NCBI GenBank assembly: GCA_965140585.1 | Contig: OZ223269.1 | Coordinates: 864,001-928,000 of the forward strand | Length of the DNA: 64,000 bases | From: Spirochaetia bacterium | GTDB taxonomy: Bacteria; Spirochaetota; Spirochaetia; UBA9216 | Reading direction: 5' to 3' | In this document: positions 29,739 through 40,511 of the stretch, piece after piece | Layout: each line of letters begins with the position of its first letter | Position numbering within the stretch: position 1 is the stretch's first letter | Notes under the pieces: model-generated | Seen by the model: the letters and a program-made list of their open reading frames with translations, nothing else | What the model was told of the DNA's origin: nothing | Database searches by the model: none | Made by a program: the position numbers and the translations under genes

Positions 29739-31631
29739 TTATCTTTTTTTCATTTCCTCTGCTTTACTGAAATACATTTTGGAATAATCTTTAAGACCTT
29801 TTTCACGGTAGATTATTCCCATATTACGAAACAGCCGCCAGTCACGATGACCGCTGTATAAACATTTCTGAAAAATGGTTAATGCCTCTTCAGGTTTTCC
29901 CAGCCTGTACAATGAAACTCCATATGTCAGGAATAGATCTGTTCCCGGCTTTGGCAGGTAATCTATTGCCGCTGCAAGCAGAAGACCTGCCTGAACTTCA
30001 TTTCCAGATCTTCGATAGCAGTAGACAAGGTTTTTCAGTATATTTTCATCATCAGGAAAAGTTTGTAGTATTCTGCGATAGAGTATTGCGGCTTCTCTGT
30101 AGTTTTTACACATTCTATTGCAGTATGCAAGCTGCCTGATTATTTTAACATTTGTACTCTGTTCAGCTGAAATAATTTCCAGTTCAGTTATAGCCTGTTT
30201 GAAATTTACATTCTTGATATAGATATGTACAAGCTTTTCTCTAATCTGCTGATCCGATCGGTAAACCCGAAGGTAATCACTAAGAATTTTAGCAGTATTA
30301 TTATCAAAGCTGTTATGATGAATGAGTAAAAGGCCGTCCCAGGCTTCTTTGTGATCAGGTTTGGCCGCTACAGCTTTTTTAAAAAGTTTTTCAGCTTTTC
30401 CGGGATCTTTTCCCTGTTTTAAATAGTATTCACCCAGGACAGTACAGTACCAGTGATCAGGATTTTTCTTGATTCTCTGCTCGATAGCAAACTTCCATTC
30501 AGATTCCGGTTCTTTTAAATAATAACTGCACAAGGGCTTATAATATTCAGCAAATTCGTCTGACGGATTTATTTTCAGGATCGCAGTAATTTCTTTCTTC
30601 ATATTACTGTAATCTCTTAACAGCCATAGCGAAGCAGCCCGTCCCTGCATAGCACCTGAGGACTTTCTGTTTATTTCAAGAGCCCTTGTGAAATGATTAT
30701 AAGCTATCTCAATATTTCCGGATTTAAGCATACAGTCGCCGGCAAGCAGATGCATATTTTCGGTTATACCTTTTTTAAGGGATTTGATGGCAAAATGAAA
30801 AGCAGATTTATACTCATTTCTTTTGTAATAGGATACTGCTAATATATCTTCAAGATTACTGATATTACTGATAAAGTTGTTCTTCTCAGCAGGAGTCATA
30901 AAAGAACTTAAAACATGATCACCTTCCTCAATTTGCCCGCTAAGAAAAAGAGCCTCTGCCAGCAGGCTTTTTATTTCATTATCATCAGGGGCGTATTCTG
31001 AGGCCATCTGTAAAAAATCCGCAGCTTCATCCGCTTTTCCGCTGTCTTTCAGAATGATTCCTGTATAAAGAAGGGTAGAAAGGTTTGAGTTGTCAGAATC
31101 ATTCAGAAAGAGAAATCCTGATAGGGCATAGTCGAAATCCTCTTTTCTGAAGGCATCAACTGAAGCAATAAAAACCGCATTTACGTACATCGTATAAATT
31201 GATCTGTCAACGGGATCCAGATTAACAGCCTGTTCAAGATATCTTAGTGCTGTTCTGAATTTTCCCCGTCTTACAAGGGAATATCCGTAATAGGCATAGG
31301 CGGGAGCGAAACCGTTGTTGTACTGTATTGATTCGGCAAAACAAATTGAAGCCTGTACAAAATTATCTAAAGCAATATAGGTTCTTCCGAGATAAAAATA
31401 TCCGGCTCCTGATTCTGGTACTTTATCTATATAAAATTTATAGGCAGTAACAGCGGCTTCAAGATTACCAAGGGCATGGTTTGCCCTTCCTGTATATAGA
31501 AAGGCTTCCGGGAGGCTGTCAGTCAGAACCAGCACCTCTTTCAGTTTTTTCAGTGCTGTCTGATAATTCCGGCTGCGGCCGTCTTCTATTGCCTCAGCAA
31601 GAAGTTTTTCAGGACTTTTGGTTTTTATCAT
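29739..31631 (-). CDS. Tetratricopeptide-repeat protein
   Basis: Many TPR consensus repeats (e.g. AGYFYLGRTYIALDNF..A...F). Confidence 0.85.
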   Translation of the reverse strand: MIKTKSPEKLLAEAIEDGRSRNYQTALKKLKEVLVLTDSLPEAFLYTGRANHALGNLEAAVTAYKFYIDKVPESGAGYFYLGRTYIALDNFVQASICFAESIQYNNGFAPAYAYYGYSLVRRGKFRTALRYLEQAVNLDPVDRSIYTMYVNAVFIASVDAFRKEDFDYALSGFLFLNDSDNSNLSTLLYTGIILKDSGKADEAADFLQMASEYAPDDNEIKSLLAEALFLSGQIEEGDHVLSSFMTPAEKNNFISNISNLEDILAVSYYKRNEYKSAFHFAIKSLKKGITENMHLLAGDCMLKSGNIEIAYNHFTRALEINRKSSGAMQGRAASLWLLRDYSNMKKEITAILKINPSDEFAEYYKPLCSYYLKEPESEWKFAIEQRIKKNPDHWYCTVLGEYYLKQGKDPGKAEKLFKKAVAAKPDHKEAWDGLLLIHHNSFDNNTAKILSDYLRVYRSDQQIREKLVHIYIKNVNFKQAITELEIISAEQSTNVKIIRQLAYCNRMCKNYREAAILYRRILQTFPDDENILKNLVYCYRRSGNEVQAGLLLAAAIDYLPKPGTDLFLTYGVSLYRLGKPEEALTIFQKCLYSGHRDWRLFRNMGIIYREKGLKDYSKMYFSKAEEMKKR

Positions 31632-31668
31632 AGATATAGAATATTATCATATTTAAACCCGGTATGTA

Positions 31669-31697
31669 TTCACATTTTAAAAGTTTTCTGGTATCTT
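31669..31697 (+). promoter_or_regulatory. Putative sigma70 promoter of the purB operon
   Basis: TTCACA-N17-TATCTT with TG extension, 5 nt before ATG 31703. Confidence 0.55.
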
Positions 31698-31702
31698 CTC
31701 GT

Positions 31703-33130
31703 ATGGAAGACAGAAACATTTTTAAGAACATATCACCGCTAGATCACCGATATTATTTAGCAAACCGAAAGAATTTTGATGCCCTGGCAGAATATATAAG
31801 CGAAGAAGCCAGTATCATGTACTGCATCAAAGCCGAGTGTGCACTTCTTAAGAGCCACATGAGCCTTCAGAGCCCCGTTTATGACAGTTTCTTCGAGACC
31901 GTTGACCGAATAGCAGAAGAAATAACTCCTGATGAAGTATACGCTGAAGAAGAAAAAACACAGCATAACATCAGAGCTCTTGTTAATGTAATGAAAGCCA
32001 AACTGCCCGATGAAATCAAACCCTTTGTACATCTCGGCGCAACATCCGTTGATATTCTTGACACTGCATCATCAATGAAGTATCGGGACGGTGTTAAAAA
32101 CGTTATTCTCCCGCAGCTTATTGAGCTTGAAGAAAAGCTTATAAAAGTTGCTGCAGAAGAAGCAGACACTCCTCAGGTAGGAAGAACACACGGTCAGCAT
32201 GCAGTTCCAGTAACATTAGGATTTGCACTTGCTGAATATGTATCACGTCTTGGTAAATCGATAATAGAAATTGAAAGACTTTCCAATCAGCTTAAAGGTA
32301 AACTTGCCGGAGCGGTCGGAGCATATAATTCAACCAGTATGATGGTTAAGGATCCATTTGATCTTGAAAAGAGATATCTTGACTATTTAGGGCTTGAAGC
32401 TTCAGAGCATTCAACACAGATGGTCGAGCCTGAGTACCTGTTAAGACTGCTTCTTGAAATCAACACTGCTTTCGGTGTACTTGCAAATCTCGCAGATGAT
32501 CTGAGGCATCTTCAGCGTTCTGAGATTTCAGAATTGCGGGAGATGTTTACATCAACCCAGGTTGGTTCTTCAACAATGCCGCAGAAAAGAAATCCATGGA
32601 ATTCAGAACATGTAAAGAGCCTCTGGAAGGCATTTGCTCCAAGGGTTGTAACTTTCTACATGGACCAGATTTCAGAACATCAGAGAGATCTTTCAAACTC
32701 TGCGTCAGCAAGATTTATTGCAGATTATATAGCCGGATTCAGTGCGGCTGTCGCAAGGATGATCAAGATAGTAAGTACTCTTTATGTTGATAAAAAGAGA
32801 CTTTCCGAGAATCTGCATTTTACAGGAGACCTGGTTCTTGCTGAAGCAGCATATATTCTTCTTTCATGTGCCGGAGAACCCGATGCTCACGAGGTTATCA
32901 GAAAGGTCACACTCGAATGTGAAAAGAACGGAACTACACTTGCTGCAGAACTGCCGAAACAGCCTGAAGTATGGAAGAGTATTTCCGAACAGCTTTCTTC
33001 TACCGCAGGAATAGATGCTGCTGAATTCTTTGCAAAACCTGAACTTTACCGCGGCAAGGCTGTAGAAAAGACAATGATGATTACCGGAAGGTATACAGAT
33101 GAAATGAAAAAAATAAGGGAGAGTCTCTAA
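31703..33130 (+). CDS. purB: Adenylosuccinate lyase
   Basis: SPLD.RY, HLGATSVD, GRTHGQHA, GSSTMPQKRNP signature; start at 31703 preferred over 31664. Confidence 0.95.
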   Translation: MEDRNIFKNISPLDHRYYLANRKNFDALAEYISEEASIMYCIKAECALLKSHMSLQSPVYDSFFETVDRIAEEITPDEVYAEEEKTQHNIRALVNVMKAKLPDEIKPFVHLGATSVDILDTASSMKYRDGVKNVILPQLIELEEKLIKVAAEEADTPQVGRTHGQHAVPVTLGFALAEYVSRLGKSIIEIERLSNQLKGKLAGAVGAYNSTSMMVKDPFDLEKRYLDYLGLEASEHSTQMVEPEYLLRLLLEINTAFGVLANLADDLRHLQRSEISELREMFTSTQVGSSTMPQKRNPWNSEHVKSLWKAFAPRVVTFYMDQISEHQRDLSNSASARFIADYIAGFSAAVARMIKIVSTLYVDKKRLSENLHFTGDLVLAEAAYILLSCAGEPDAHEVIRKVTLECEKNGTTLAAELPKQPEVWKSISEQLSSTAGIDAAEFFAKPELYRGKAVEKTMMITGRYTDEMKKIRESL

Positions 33131-33131
33131 G

Positions 33132-34571
33132 ATGGAAATAAAAGAATCATACAGTTACGACGATATTCTGCTCATCCCGGGTAATTCTTCTGTACTTCCT
33201 CATACTGCGAGTGTGAAAACAAGACTGGCCGGTGATATATATCTTAATACTCCTGTTCTCTCAGCCGCTATGGATACGGTTACAGAAGAGGATATGGCCA
33301 TAGCCCTTGCACTTGAAGGCGGGGCCGGTGTTATTCACCGGAATCTGTCTCCGGAAGAACAGGCTGCTCAGGTTGGGTCTGTAAAGCGTTTTCTCAACTG
33401 GATCATAGAAAATCCTATAACTGTCCATGAAGACACGCTGATAGGCGATGTAAGGGCTCTGAGACAGAAATACGGCGTATCCGGTTTCCCGGTCACCAAT
33501 GAAACAGGAATTTTGACCGGAATTATTACCGGCCGTGATCTGAGGTTCTGTGACAACAATAACCTGCTTGTTAAAAATGTAATGACTGGAAAGGTTATTA
33601 CTGAAAGCGGTAACATAACACCGGAATCTGCACAAGATAAATTCAATACCTACAAAATTGAGAAACTGCCGGTAGTTGATGCTTCAGGGAAGATTACAGG
33701 ACTTATTACTGTAAAGGATATGGAAAAGCACAACGACCATCCTAATGCCGCAACTGATGCTCACGGAAGACTGATTGTAGGAGCCGCTGTTTCTCCGCAG
33801 GATTTTGATAGACGAATTCCGCTGCTGCTTGAAAACAGGGTTGATTTTATTGCACTCGATACAGCACACGGTGATGCAGACAGCGTAATCAAGGCTGTTG
33901 CCGATATAAAGAAAAAATACAATATAACTGTTATAGGCGGAAATGCTGCAACTGCTGAAGCTACCAGAAGGCTGATCGATGCCGGCTCTGATGCCGTAAA
34001 GGTTGGAGTTGGACCAGGCTCTATATGTACAACACGAATAGTAGCCGGAATTGGTGTTCCACAGTTTTCAGCTGTAATGTGGTGCGCCGAAGAAGCTGAA
34101 AAAGATAACATACCAATTATTGCTGACGGCGGAATCAAGTTTTCCGGTGATATAACCAAGGCTATTGCAGCGGGAGGTTCTTCGATCATGGTAGGAAACC
34201 TCTTCGCCGGTCTTAAGGAATCACCCGGTAAGGAAGTTATTTACGAAGGCCGTATTTTCAAGCAGTACAGAGGAATGGGCTCCATAGGTGCAATTGCCGA
34301 AGGTTCGGGCGACCGTTACCAGATGAAAGAGGGAGACGCCCCGGTTCCTGAGGGAATAGAAGGACGCGTTCCGTACAAGGGTGAGCTTAAGCCCTTCCTT
34401 CACCAGCTTATGACAGGCCTAAAAAAAGGAATGAGTTATTGCGGATGTTCGGATATAAATGAATTGCGCAATTATAAAAATTTTGTTAAGATTTCCCCCG
34501 CTGGTCTCCGGGAAAGTCATGCTCATGACATTATGATAACCCAGGAGGCTCCTAACTATTCAAAGAATTAA
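33132..34571 (+). CDS. guaB: IMP dehydrogenase
   Basis: SAAMDTVTE, CBS pair, GPGSICTTR, ADGGI, YRGMGS. Confidence 0.97.
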   Translation: MEIKESYSYDDILLIPGNSSVLPHTASVKTRLAGDIYLNTPVLSAAMDTVTEEDMAIALALEGGAGVIHRNLSPEEQAAQVGSVKRFLNWIIENPITVHEDTLIGDVRALRQKYGVSGFPVTNETGILTGIITGRDLRFCDNNNLLVKNVMTGKVITESGNITPESAQDKFNTYKIEKLPVVDASGKITGLITVKDMEKHNDHPNAATDAHGRLIVGAAVSPQDFDRRIPLLLENRVDFIALDTAHGDADSVIKAVADIKKKYNITVIGGNAATAEATRRLIDAGSDAVKVGVGPGSICTTRIVAGIGVPQFSAVMWCAEEAEKDNIPIIADGGIKFSGDITKAIAAGGSSIMVGNLFAGLKESPGKEVIYEGRIFKQYRGMGSIGAIAEGSGDRYQMKEGDAPVPEGIEGRVPYKGELKPFLHQLMTGLKKGMSYCGCSDINELRNYKNFVKISPAGLRESHAHDIMITQEAPNYSKN

Positions 34572-34582
34572 GGGGAATTTTT

Positions 34583-35806
34583 ATGAATCTTGTAGTTGTA
34601 GGCGCTCAGTGGGGTGATGAGGGCAAGGGTAAAATTGTTGATTATCTCGCTAGTGAGGCGGATCTCGTAGTACGATATTCCGGCGGCGCCAATGCTGGAC
34701 ATACTATTGTTGCAGGTGATACGACTTACAAGCTTCACCTGATTCCTTCCGGTATTATTTATGGAGATAAAACTGTTGTACTTGGTACCGGTATGGCTAT
34801 CGACCTTACTTCAATGTTTGAGGAGCTGGAAACCCTAAGCAGTCAGGGAATTGACTGGAAGGGAAGAGTTCTTATTTCTGATCGTGCACATATTGTTCTT
34901 CCGAGATATAAGGAAGAAGATATAGACCTCGATAAAAAACGAATCAAACCCATCGGGACAACAGGCCGCGGAATGGGTGTTACTTACGCTCACAAAGCAC
35001 ACCGCGACGGTGTGAGAATTGCGGATCTGTTTAACGATGATATTTACGGACGCCTAAGCAAGGCAGATACCGATTATCTTTCCCAGTACAAAGAACGTAT
35101 CAAAGAAATGGTAATCGATCTCTGCAGCTTTATGGCAGATAGCAAAGACAAAAAGGTTTTGTTCGAAGGAGCACAGGGTGTACTTCTTGACCTGGACGTC
35201 GGGACATATCCCTTTGTATCTTCTGGCTATTCACAGGCTGCCGGTGCAGCAATGGGCGGGGGAATCGGCCCCCGTAATATTCATGGAGTAATGGGCGTAT
35301 TCAAGGCTTACTCAACAAGAGTAGGAAATGGTCCTTTCCCGAGTGAGTTTAAAGAAGGCCGCGACGGCGATCTTGAAAACTACATACGGGAAACCGGCCG
35401 TGAATACGGTGTAACAACAGGGCGCCCCAGACGCTGCGGATACCTTGATCTTCCTGCTCTAAAATATTCATGCAGGGTTAACTCGCTTGATTCACTTGTT
35501 CTTACACACCTTGATGTCTACGACGAAATAGATGAGCTTAAAGTCTGTATAGCCTATGAATGCGACGGCGAGCTAATTGAAAACTTCCCTACAGATATAA
35601 CTGTTCTTGAAAAAGCTGTTCCTGTAACCCGGAAATTCAAAGGCTGGAAAAAAAGTCTCAAAGACTGCAGGTCTTTTGATGAACTTCCGAAAGAAGCCGT
35701 TGAATATATTGAATTCATTGAAAAGTACACTGAAACTTCAGTAGATATAGTTTCAATAGGATATAAAAGGGAAGAAACAATCTTAAGAAAGGATTTCTGG
35801 AAATAG
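34583..35806 (+). CDS. purA: Adenylosuccinate synthetase
   Basis: QWGDEGKGK, GGANAGHT, EYGVTTGRPRRCG. Confidence 0.97.
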   Translation: MNLVVVGAQWGDEGKGKIVDYLASEADLVVRYSGGANAGHTIVAGDTTYKLHLIPSGIIYGDKTVVLGTGMAIDLTSMFEELETLSSQGIDWKGRVLISDRAHIVLPRYKEEDIDLDKKRIKPIGTTGRGMGVTYAHKAHRDGVRIADLFNDDIYGRLSKADTDYLSQYKERIKEMVIDLCSFMADSKDKKVLFEGAQGVLLDLDVGTYPFVSSGYSQAAGAAMGGGIGPRNIHGVMGVFKAYSTRVGNGPFPSEFKEGRDGDLENYIRETGREYGVTTGRPRRCGYLDLPALKYSCRVNSLDSLVLTHLDVYDEIDELKVCIAYECDGELIENFPTDITVLEKAVPVTRKFKGWKKSLKDCRSFDELPKEAVEYIEFIEKYTETSVDIVSIGYKREETILRKDFWK

Positions 35807-37354
35807 ATGGATAAAATTCTCGTTTTTGATTTCGGCAGTCAGACTACACAGCTCATAGCAAGAAGGATACGTGACTTCGGTGTCTATACCGATATAGTTA
35901 CAGCGGAAACAGAATGTACTGCAGAACTGTTAAAAGATGTAAAGGGCATTATTATGTCCGGTTCACCTTCATCAGTTTATGAGCAAGATGCACCTAAACC
36001 GCATTTTTCCATATATGAGACAGGGCTGCCTATGCTTGGAATCTGTTACGGCTTTCAGAGAATGACAGCCGACTTCGGAGGAAAAGTTGAAGCGCTTGAA
36101 AAACGGGAATACGGAAGATCCAATATCTCCTATAAAAAAGAATCACAGCTTTTTGCTGGCATAAATGACGGATTCACATCCTGGATGAGCCACGGCGACA
36201 GTATTGAGAAGCTCGGAGACGGGTTTGAGCTGATTGCTAAATCGGAACATCATATTGCCTGCGGATATAACAGTAAAATAAATGCCTACGGTATTCAGTT
36301 CCATCCTGAAGTAACCCACTGTGAGCGGGGTATCGATGTTCTTAAAAACTTTGTTACAGGCATCTGCGCTGCAGAGACCGGATGGAATATGGACGCCTAC
36401 CTTCAGCAGGAAATTGAGGAAGTTCAGCGCCGTGTTGGGGAACATGATGTACTTCTTCTTATTTCCGGCGGTGTTGATTCTACAGTAGTAGGCGGACTAC
36501 TGCTTAAGGCCCTTGATCCTTCAAAAGTACATCTTATGTACATTGATACTGGTATGATGCGCAAGAATGAATCTGCCGAAGTAGAGCAGGGCCTTAAGAA
36601 ACTTGGTGCTGAAAATCTCTATCTTATTGATGCCTCAGAACGTTTTCTTACTGCTCTTAAGGGTATAAGCGAACCTGAGAAAAAGCGTGAAATTATCGGT
36701 GACCTTTTTATAAAGGTTCAGGAAGATGAGATCAAAAAACGTCTCAGCGGAGACTACATGCTCGCGCAGGGAACTTTGTACACCGACCTTATAGAATCTG
36801 GCAAGGGTGTTGGTAAGAAAGCACATGTAATTAAATCACACCACAATGTCCGCTCACCTCTTGTTGAAGCCAAGCGTAATGCAGGGCTTATTATTGAACC
36901 TCTTGGGAAATTGTATAAGGATGAAGTTCGCGAACTCGGACGTAAGGTCGGAATAAGCGAAGAGATTATCCGAAGGCATCCTTTCCCGGGCCCTGGCCTT
37001 GCAGTAAGAATAATCAGCGATATTACTTTCGAAAAATGCGAGCTTCTTCGTGAAGCAGATTATATATTTATCAGTGAGCTCAAAAAACGTGGGTTGTATG
37101 ATAAAATCTGGCAGGCGTTTGCCGTACTTCTGCCGGTAAAATCGGTGGGTGTCGCCGGAGATGTCAGAAAATACGGTAATGTTCTTGCACTGCGTGCAAT
37201 CAACAGCAGCGACGGTATGACTGCTGATGTATATCCATTCGAAACCAAAGACCTGCTTGAAATATCATCGCTTATAACAAACTCTATACCGGGTATCGGC
37301 AGGGTTGTTTATGATATTTCATCAAAACCGCCCGCAACAATCGAGTGGGAATAG
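35807..37354 (+). CDS. guaA: GMP synthase (glutamine-hydrolysing)
   Basis: LGICYG.Q, QFHPEV, SGGVDS, IKSHHNV, KPPATIEWE. Confidence 0.97.
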   Translation: MDKILVFDFGSQTTQLIARRIRDFGVYTDIVTAETECTAELLKDVKGIIMSGSPSSVYEQDAPKPHFSIYETGLPMLGICYGFQRMTADFGGKVEALEKREYGRSNISYKKESQLFAGINDGFTSWMSHGDSIEKLGDGFELIAKSEHHIACGYNSKINAYGIQFHPEVTHCERGIDVLKNFVTGICAAETGWNMDAYLQQEIEEVQRRVGEHDVLLLISGGVDSTVVGGLLLKALDPSKVHLMYIDTGMMRKNESAEVEQGLKKLGAENLYLIDASERFLTALKGISEPEKKREIIGDLFIKVQEDEIKKRLSGDYMLAQGTLYTDLIESGKGVGKKAHVIKSHHNVRSPLVEAKRNAGLIIEPLGKLYKDEVRELGRKVGISEEIIRRHPFPGPGLAVRIISDITFEKCELLREADYIFISELKKRGLYDKIWQAFAVLLPVKSVGVAGDVRKYGNVLALRAINSSDGMTADVYPFETKDLLEISSLITNSIPGIGRVVYDISSKPPATIEWE

Positions 37355-37355
37355 C

Positions 37356-37922
37356 TTAAAACACTCCCAGGTTTCGTAAAAGCATAATAACTGCTATCAG
37401 TACAAGCACTCCGCCGCCCGCAGTTTCCGCATGCTGCCCAAGCGATAGTCCAATCCGTTTGCCGGCATGGGCACCAAATGCTGAGATTATCAGTGTAACT
37501 ACACCTGTTATTAAAGCTGGAAATACAATTCCATAGCCCATGCTGGAATATGACAATCCTGCAGCCATGGCATCTATACTTGTTGCAACCGATAGCATGA
37601 GAAGTATCCTGAAATTGAAATAATCATCAGGGTCCCGGCAGCCTTCCTCGGATTTTATGCTCTCTACCATCATCTTGACTCCTACAAAACCAAGCAGTCC
37701 GAAAGAAATCCATCTTGTGACAACGGCCATAAAAAGGCTTAGGATATTTCCGGCGAACCATCCAATTATTGGCATTAGAAACTGAAAAAATCCGAATGCA
37801 CCGGCTACAATAAGAGATTTGGACCATTTAAGCCCGGGATTGGAACATCCGCATGTAATTGAAACAGCAAAGGCATCCATAGCCAGGCTGACGGCAATAG
37901 CTAATACAGTTGTCAGATGCAT
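37356..37922 (-). CDS. mntP: Manganese efflux pump MntP family
   Basis: LAMDAFAVS, FGFFQ..MP, ATSIDA motifs; multiple TM segments. Confidence 0.9.
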   Translation of the reverse strand: MHLTTVLAIAVSLAMDAFAVSITCGCSNPGLKWSKSLIVAGAFGFFQFLMPIIGWFAGNILSLFMAVVTRWISFGLLGFVGVKMMVESIKSEEGCRDPDDYFNFRILLMLSVATSIDAMAAGLSYSSMGYGIVFPALITGVVTLIISAFGAHAGKRIGLSLGQHAETAGGGVLVLIAVIMLLRNLGVF

Positions 37923-38587
37923 ATATCAATCTCCAGAAGATCGGCAAGCTGTGTTACAGCATGAAAATAATAATCACATAAAGCTTTCATGTCATCTTCA
38001 ATTTCCGATATGGAATGCCCCCATCCTGCACCGGCAATATCTATACCGGAATTCCTGGCCATTGTGACTCCCGGCTTTAAATCGTCAATCATCAGTATTT
38101 CATCAGGGCTAAACCCATATTCATTTATTATCTGCTCAACCGGCCATATACTTGGCTTTCTTTTATTTTCATCATAATCCCAGCCGAATATCATATCAGG
38201 CATAAAACCGTCACCACGGGTTTTATAATGTCTTTTAATAACATCAGCTTCCGAATGTGAGACAACAATAATCTTACCGCCTCGATTCTGGAATATCTTC
38301 ATTATTTCAAGAATACCCTTAAAGAAATGAGGATTGGAGTCTTCATTGAAGCTTCTCCATATGTCGTATTCCTGCTTCATCTCATCATCTGAAAAACCAA
38401 GTTCATTTACAAAATATTCAATAACTCCGGGATGGTAGTTTTTTAAAAGCCAAGTATTTAAATCAACGGGTTTCTGTCCGGGACGCATTATCCGAATAGT
38501 TTCAACATGGGCAGGATAGTGAATCTCAGCAGTGCTTTTAACTGAAGTATCATCATGATCAAATATCAGACATTTGTATTTATTCAA
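37913..38587 (-). CDS. HAD-superfamily hydrolase
   Basis: FDHDDT motif I, KP motif III, IDD..PG motif IV. Confidence 0.88.
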   Translation of the reverse strand: MNKYKCLIFDHDDTSVKSTAEIHYPAHVETIRIMRPGQKPVDLNTWLLKNYHPGVIEYFVNELGFSDDEMKQEYDIWRSFNEDSNPHFFKGILEIMKIFQNRGGKIIVVSHSEADVIKRHYKTRGDGFMPDMIFGWDYDENKRKPSIWPVEQIINEYGFSPDEILMIDDLKPGVTMARNSGIDIAGAGWGHSISEIEDDMKALCDYYFHAVTQLADLLEIDICI

Positions 38588-38678
38588 GGTAGCCTCTTAT
38601 TTCTTTTGTGCTCAATAATAATGATATTTCCTATTTACCACAAGCTAAGTGATTAGTATATTGTGTTGGGGTTTTATT

Positions 38679-39248
38679 ATGTCAGTAAAAAGCATCTGCG
38701 TATTCTGCGGGTCAAGTTTCGGAAACAACAAGCTATATAGAGAGAAAACAGAAACTCTTGGTAGATTATTAGCCGCAAAAGGCATTAACCTTGTCTATGG
38801 AGGCGGTGCCGTCGGGCTTATGGGAGTGCTGGCCGAAGCTGTTATGAATAACAGCGGAACAGTTACCGGTGTTATTCCTGAACTAATAAGCGGAAAGGTG
38901 GAACATATAAATCTGACCAGAAATATAGTTACAAAAGACATGCATGAACGAAAGAAAACCATGTATGAGCTTGCGGACGGTTTTATAGCACTTCCAGGTG
39001 GTATAGGCACTGTGGAAGAACTGTCGGAAGTCTATACATGGCAGCAGCTTGGATACCATAATAAACCGGTTTCGCTTTATAATATCAACGGATTTTTTGA
39101 CGGTTTTACCGGATTTCTTGATCATGCCGTGAATGAAGGTTTTATAAAACAGGTGCACAGAAACAGACTTATTATTTCTGATGAGCCTGAGAATTTATTT
39201 TATCAGCTGGATAATTACAGCGGTGAAACTATTGATAAATGGAGTTAA
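38679..39248 (+). CDS. LOG-family (TIGR00730-type) nucleotide phosphoribohydrolase
   Basis: VFCGS, LVYGGG..GLMG, MHERK, LPGGIGT.EE. Confidence 0.92.
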   Translation: MSVKSICVFCGSSFGNNKLYREKTETLGRLLAAKGINLVYGGGAVGLMGVLAEAVMNNSGTVTGVIPELISGKVEHINLTRNIVTKDMHERKKTMYELADGFIALPGGIGTVEELSEVYTWQQLGYHNKPVSLYNINGFFDGFTGFLDHAVNEGFIKQVHRNRLIISDEPENLFYQLDNYSGETIDKWS

Positions 39249-39249
39249 G

Positions 39250-40140
39250 ATGTCACAGGACAATATGCTGATTTTTCTTCTTGATAACGGAAGATATAGA
39301 GGCGCGATAATTGATTCTACTGAAATGCTCAGATTGATGCAGGAAAAACATGAAACAGGTGTACTTGAAACCTTCGCACTTGGTGAAACCTACACAGCCG
39401 CCGGATTATTAACATCGATGCTTAAGGGAAAAGACAGGATGATAATCCGCTTTGAATGCCAGGGGCCTATTAAGGGGATAAGTGTAGAAACAACTGCTGA
39501 AGGTAACGTCAGAGGTTATTTAATGAATAACCCTATACCTCTTTCAAAAATTCCAGAGAGTTTGGATCTGTCAGATTTATTCGGTCCAGGGTTTTTATCT
39601 ATAATTAAATTTCCGGAAGGCAGCCGGCAGTCGTTTACCGGCCAGGTTATGATTGAATACGGAAGCATAGCCAAAGATCTGGCCGGATATTATACAACAT
39701 CTGAAAATACTCCTACTGCATTTAATCTAAGTGTGAAATTCAATAAAGACGGTTCGATAAAAGGTGCCGGCGGTATATTTATTCAGCGTCTTCCCGATTC
39801 TGATACTATAAAGGGAGACGATGAGAGAACCGCAGAGATTGAACAGTCTTTGGTAAATATGGATTCTATCGGAGTAACCCTTTCAGCGGGCACAGAATTA
39901 TCTGAGATTGTTTTTAATAATTTCAGGAAATTTCAGCCGGATGTTATTGCTGAAAGGTCGATAAATTTTTCATGCAGCTGCAACAGAGAACTTTTTGAAA
40001 CTTATCTGAAGGGGCTTCCCGAAAACGATCGAACGGATCTCGCGGAGAATGGTCCATTTCCATTAAAAACCACCTGTCATAACTGCAACACTGTATATGA
40101 ATTTTCCAAACATGAACTTAGAAAGATGTTCAGCCTCTAA
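39250..40140 (+). CDS. hslO: Hsp33 redox-regulated chaperone
   Basis: G.VRGY, AGG.FIQ.LP, C-terminal CSC...CHNC zinc motif; ATG 39250 after GGAG. Confidence 0.92.
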   Translation: MSQDNMLIFLLDNGRYRGAIIDSTEMLRLMQEKHETGVLETFALGETYTAAGLLTSMLKGKDRMIIRFECQGPIKGISVETTAEGNVRGYLMNNPIPLSKIPESLDLSDLFGPGFLSIIKFPEGSRQSFTGQVMIEYGSIAKDLAGYYTTSENTPTAFNLSVKFNKDGSIKGAGGIFIQRLPDSDTIKGDDERTAEIEQSLVNMDSIGVTLSAGTELSEIVFNNFRKFQPDVIAERSINFSCSCNRELFETYLKGLPENDRTDLAENGPFPLKTTCHNCNTVYEFSKHELRKMFSL

Positions 40141-40166
40141 GCACTGAACATCTTTCTTACTAAGGC

Positions 40167-40511
40167 TTAAAGCGCGAATTCTTTAAGCTCGCCGATTTTA
40201 TATTTTTCCAGAGCAGCTTTTGCGCTTAAACCTTCTGCGCCGACATATATTTTAATTCCGGAACTCTTAAGTACTTCCGCAGCATTTCCGCCGGGACCGT
40301 TACCTGTTATCAAAACCTCTGAACCAGTATCAAAAAGTCTTTTAGTAGTTCTTGGACCTGCTCCATGTGCTTCATTCTGCACATCAGTATTGTCTACAAT
40401 TGTCACTGAATTATCTTCTTCATCTAGGCAGAGCAGATAATCTGTTCTGCCGAATCTTGCATCAATCTGTGAATCCAGATCTTTTCCCTTGGTTGTAAAT
40501 GCTATTTTCAT
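40167..40511 (-). CDS. NifB/NifX-family Fe-Mo cofactor-binding-like protein
   Basis: MKIA, RFGR, HGAG, LITGN.GP..A..L motifs. Confidence 0.88.
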   Translation of the reverse strand: MKIAFTTKGKDLDSQIDARFGRTDYLLCLDEEDNSVTIVDNTDVQNEAHGAGPRTTKRLFDTGSEVLITGNGPGGNAAEVLKSSGIKIYVGAEGLSAKAALEKYKIGELKEFAL

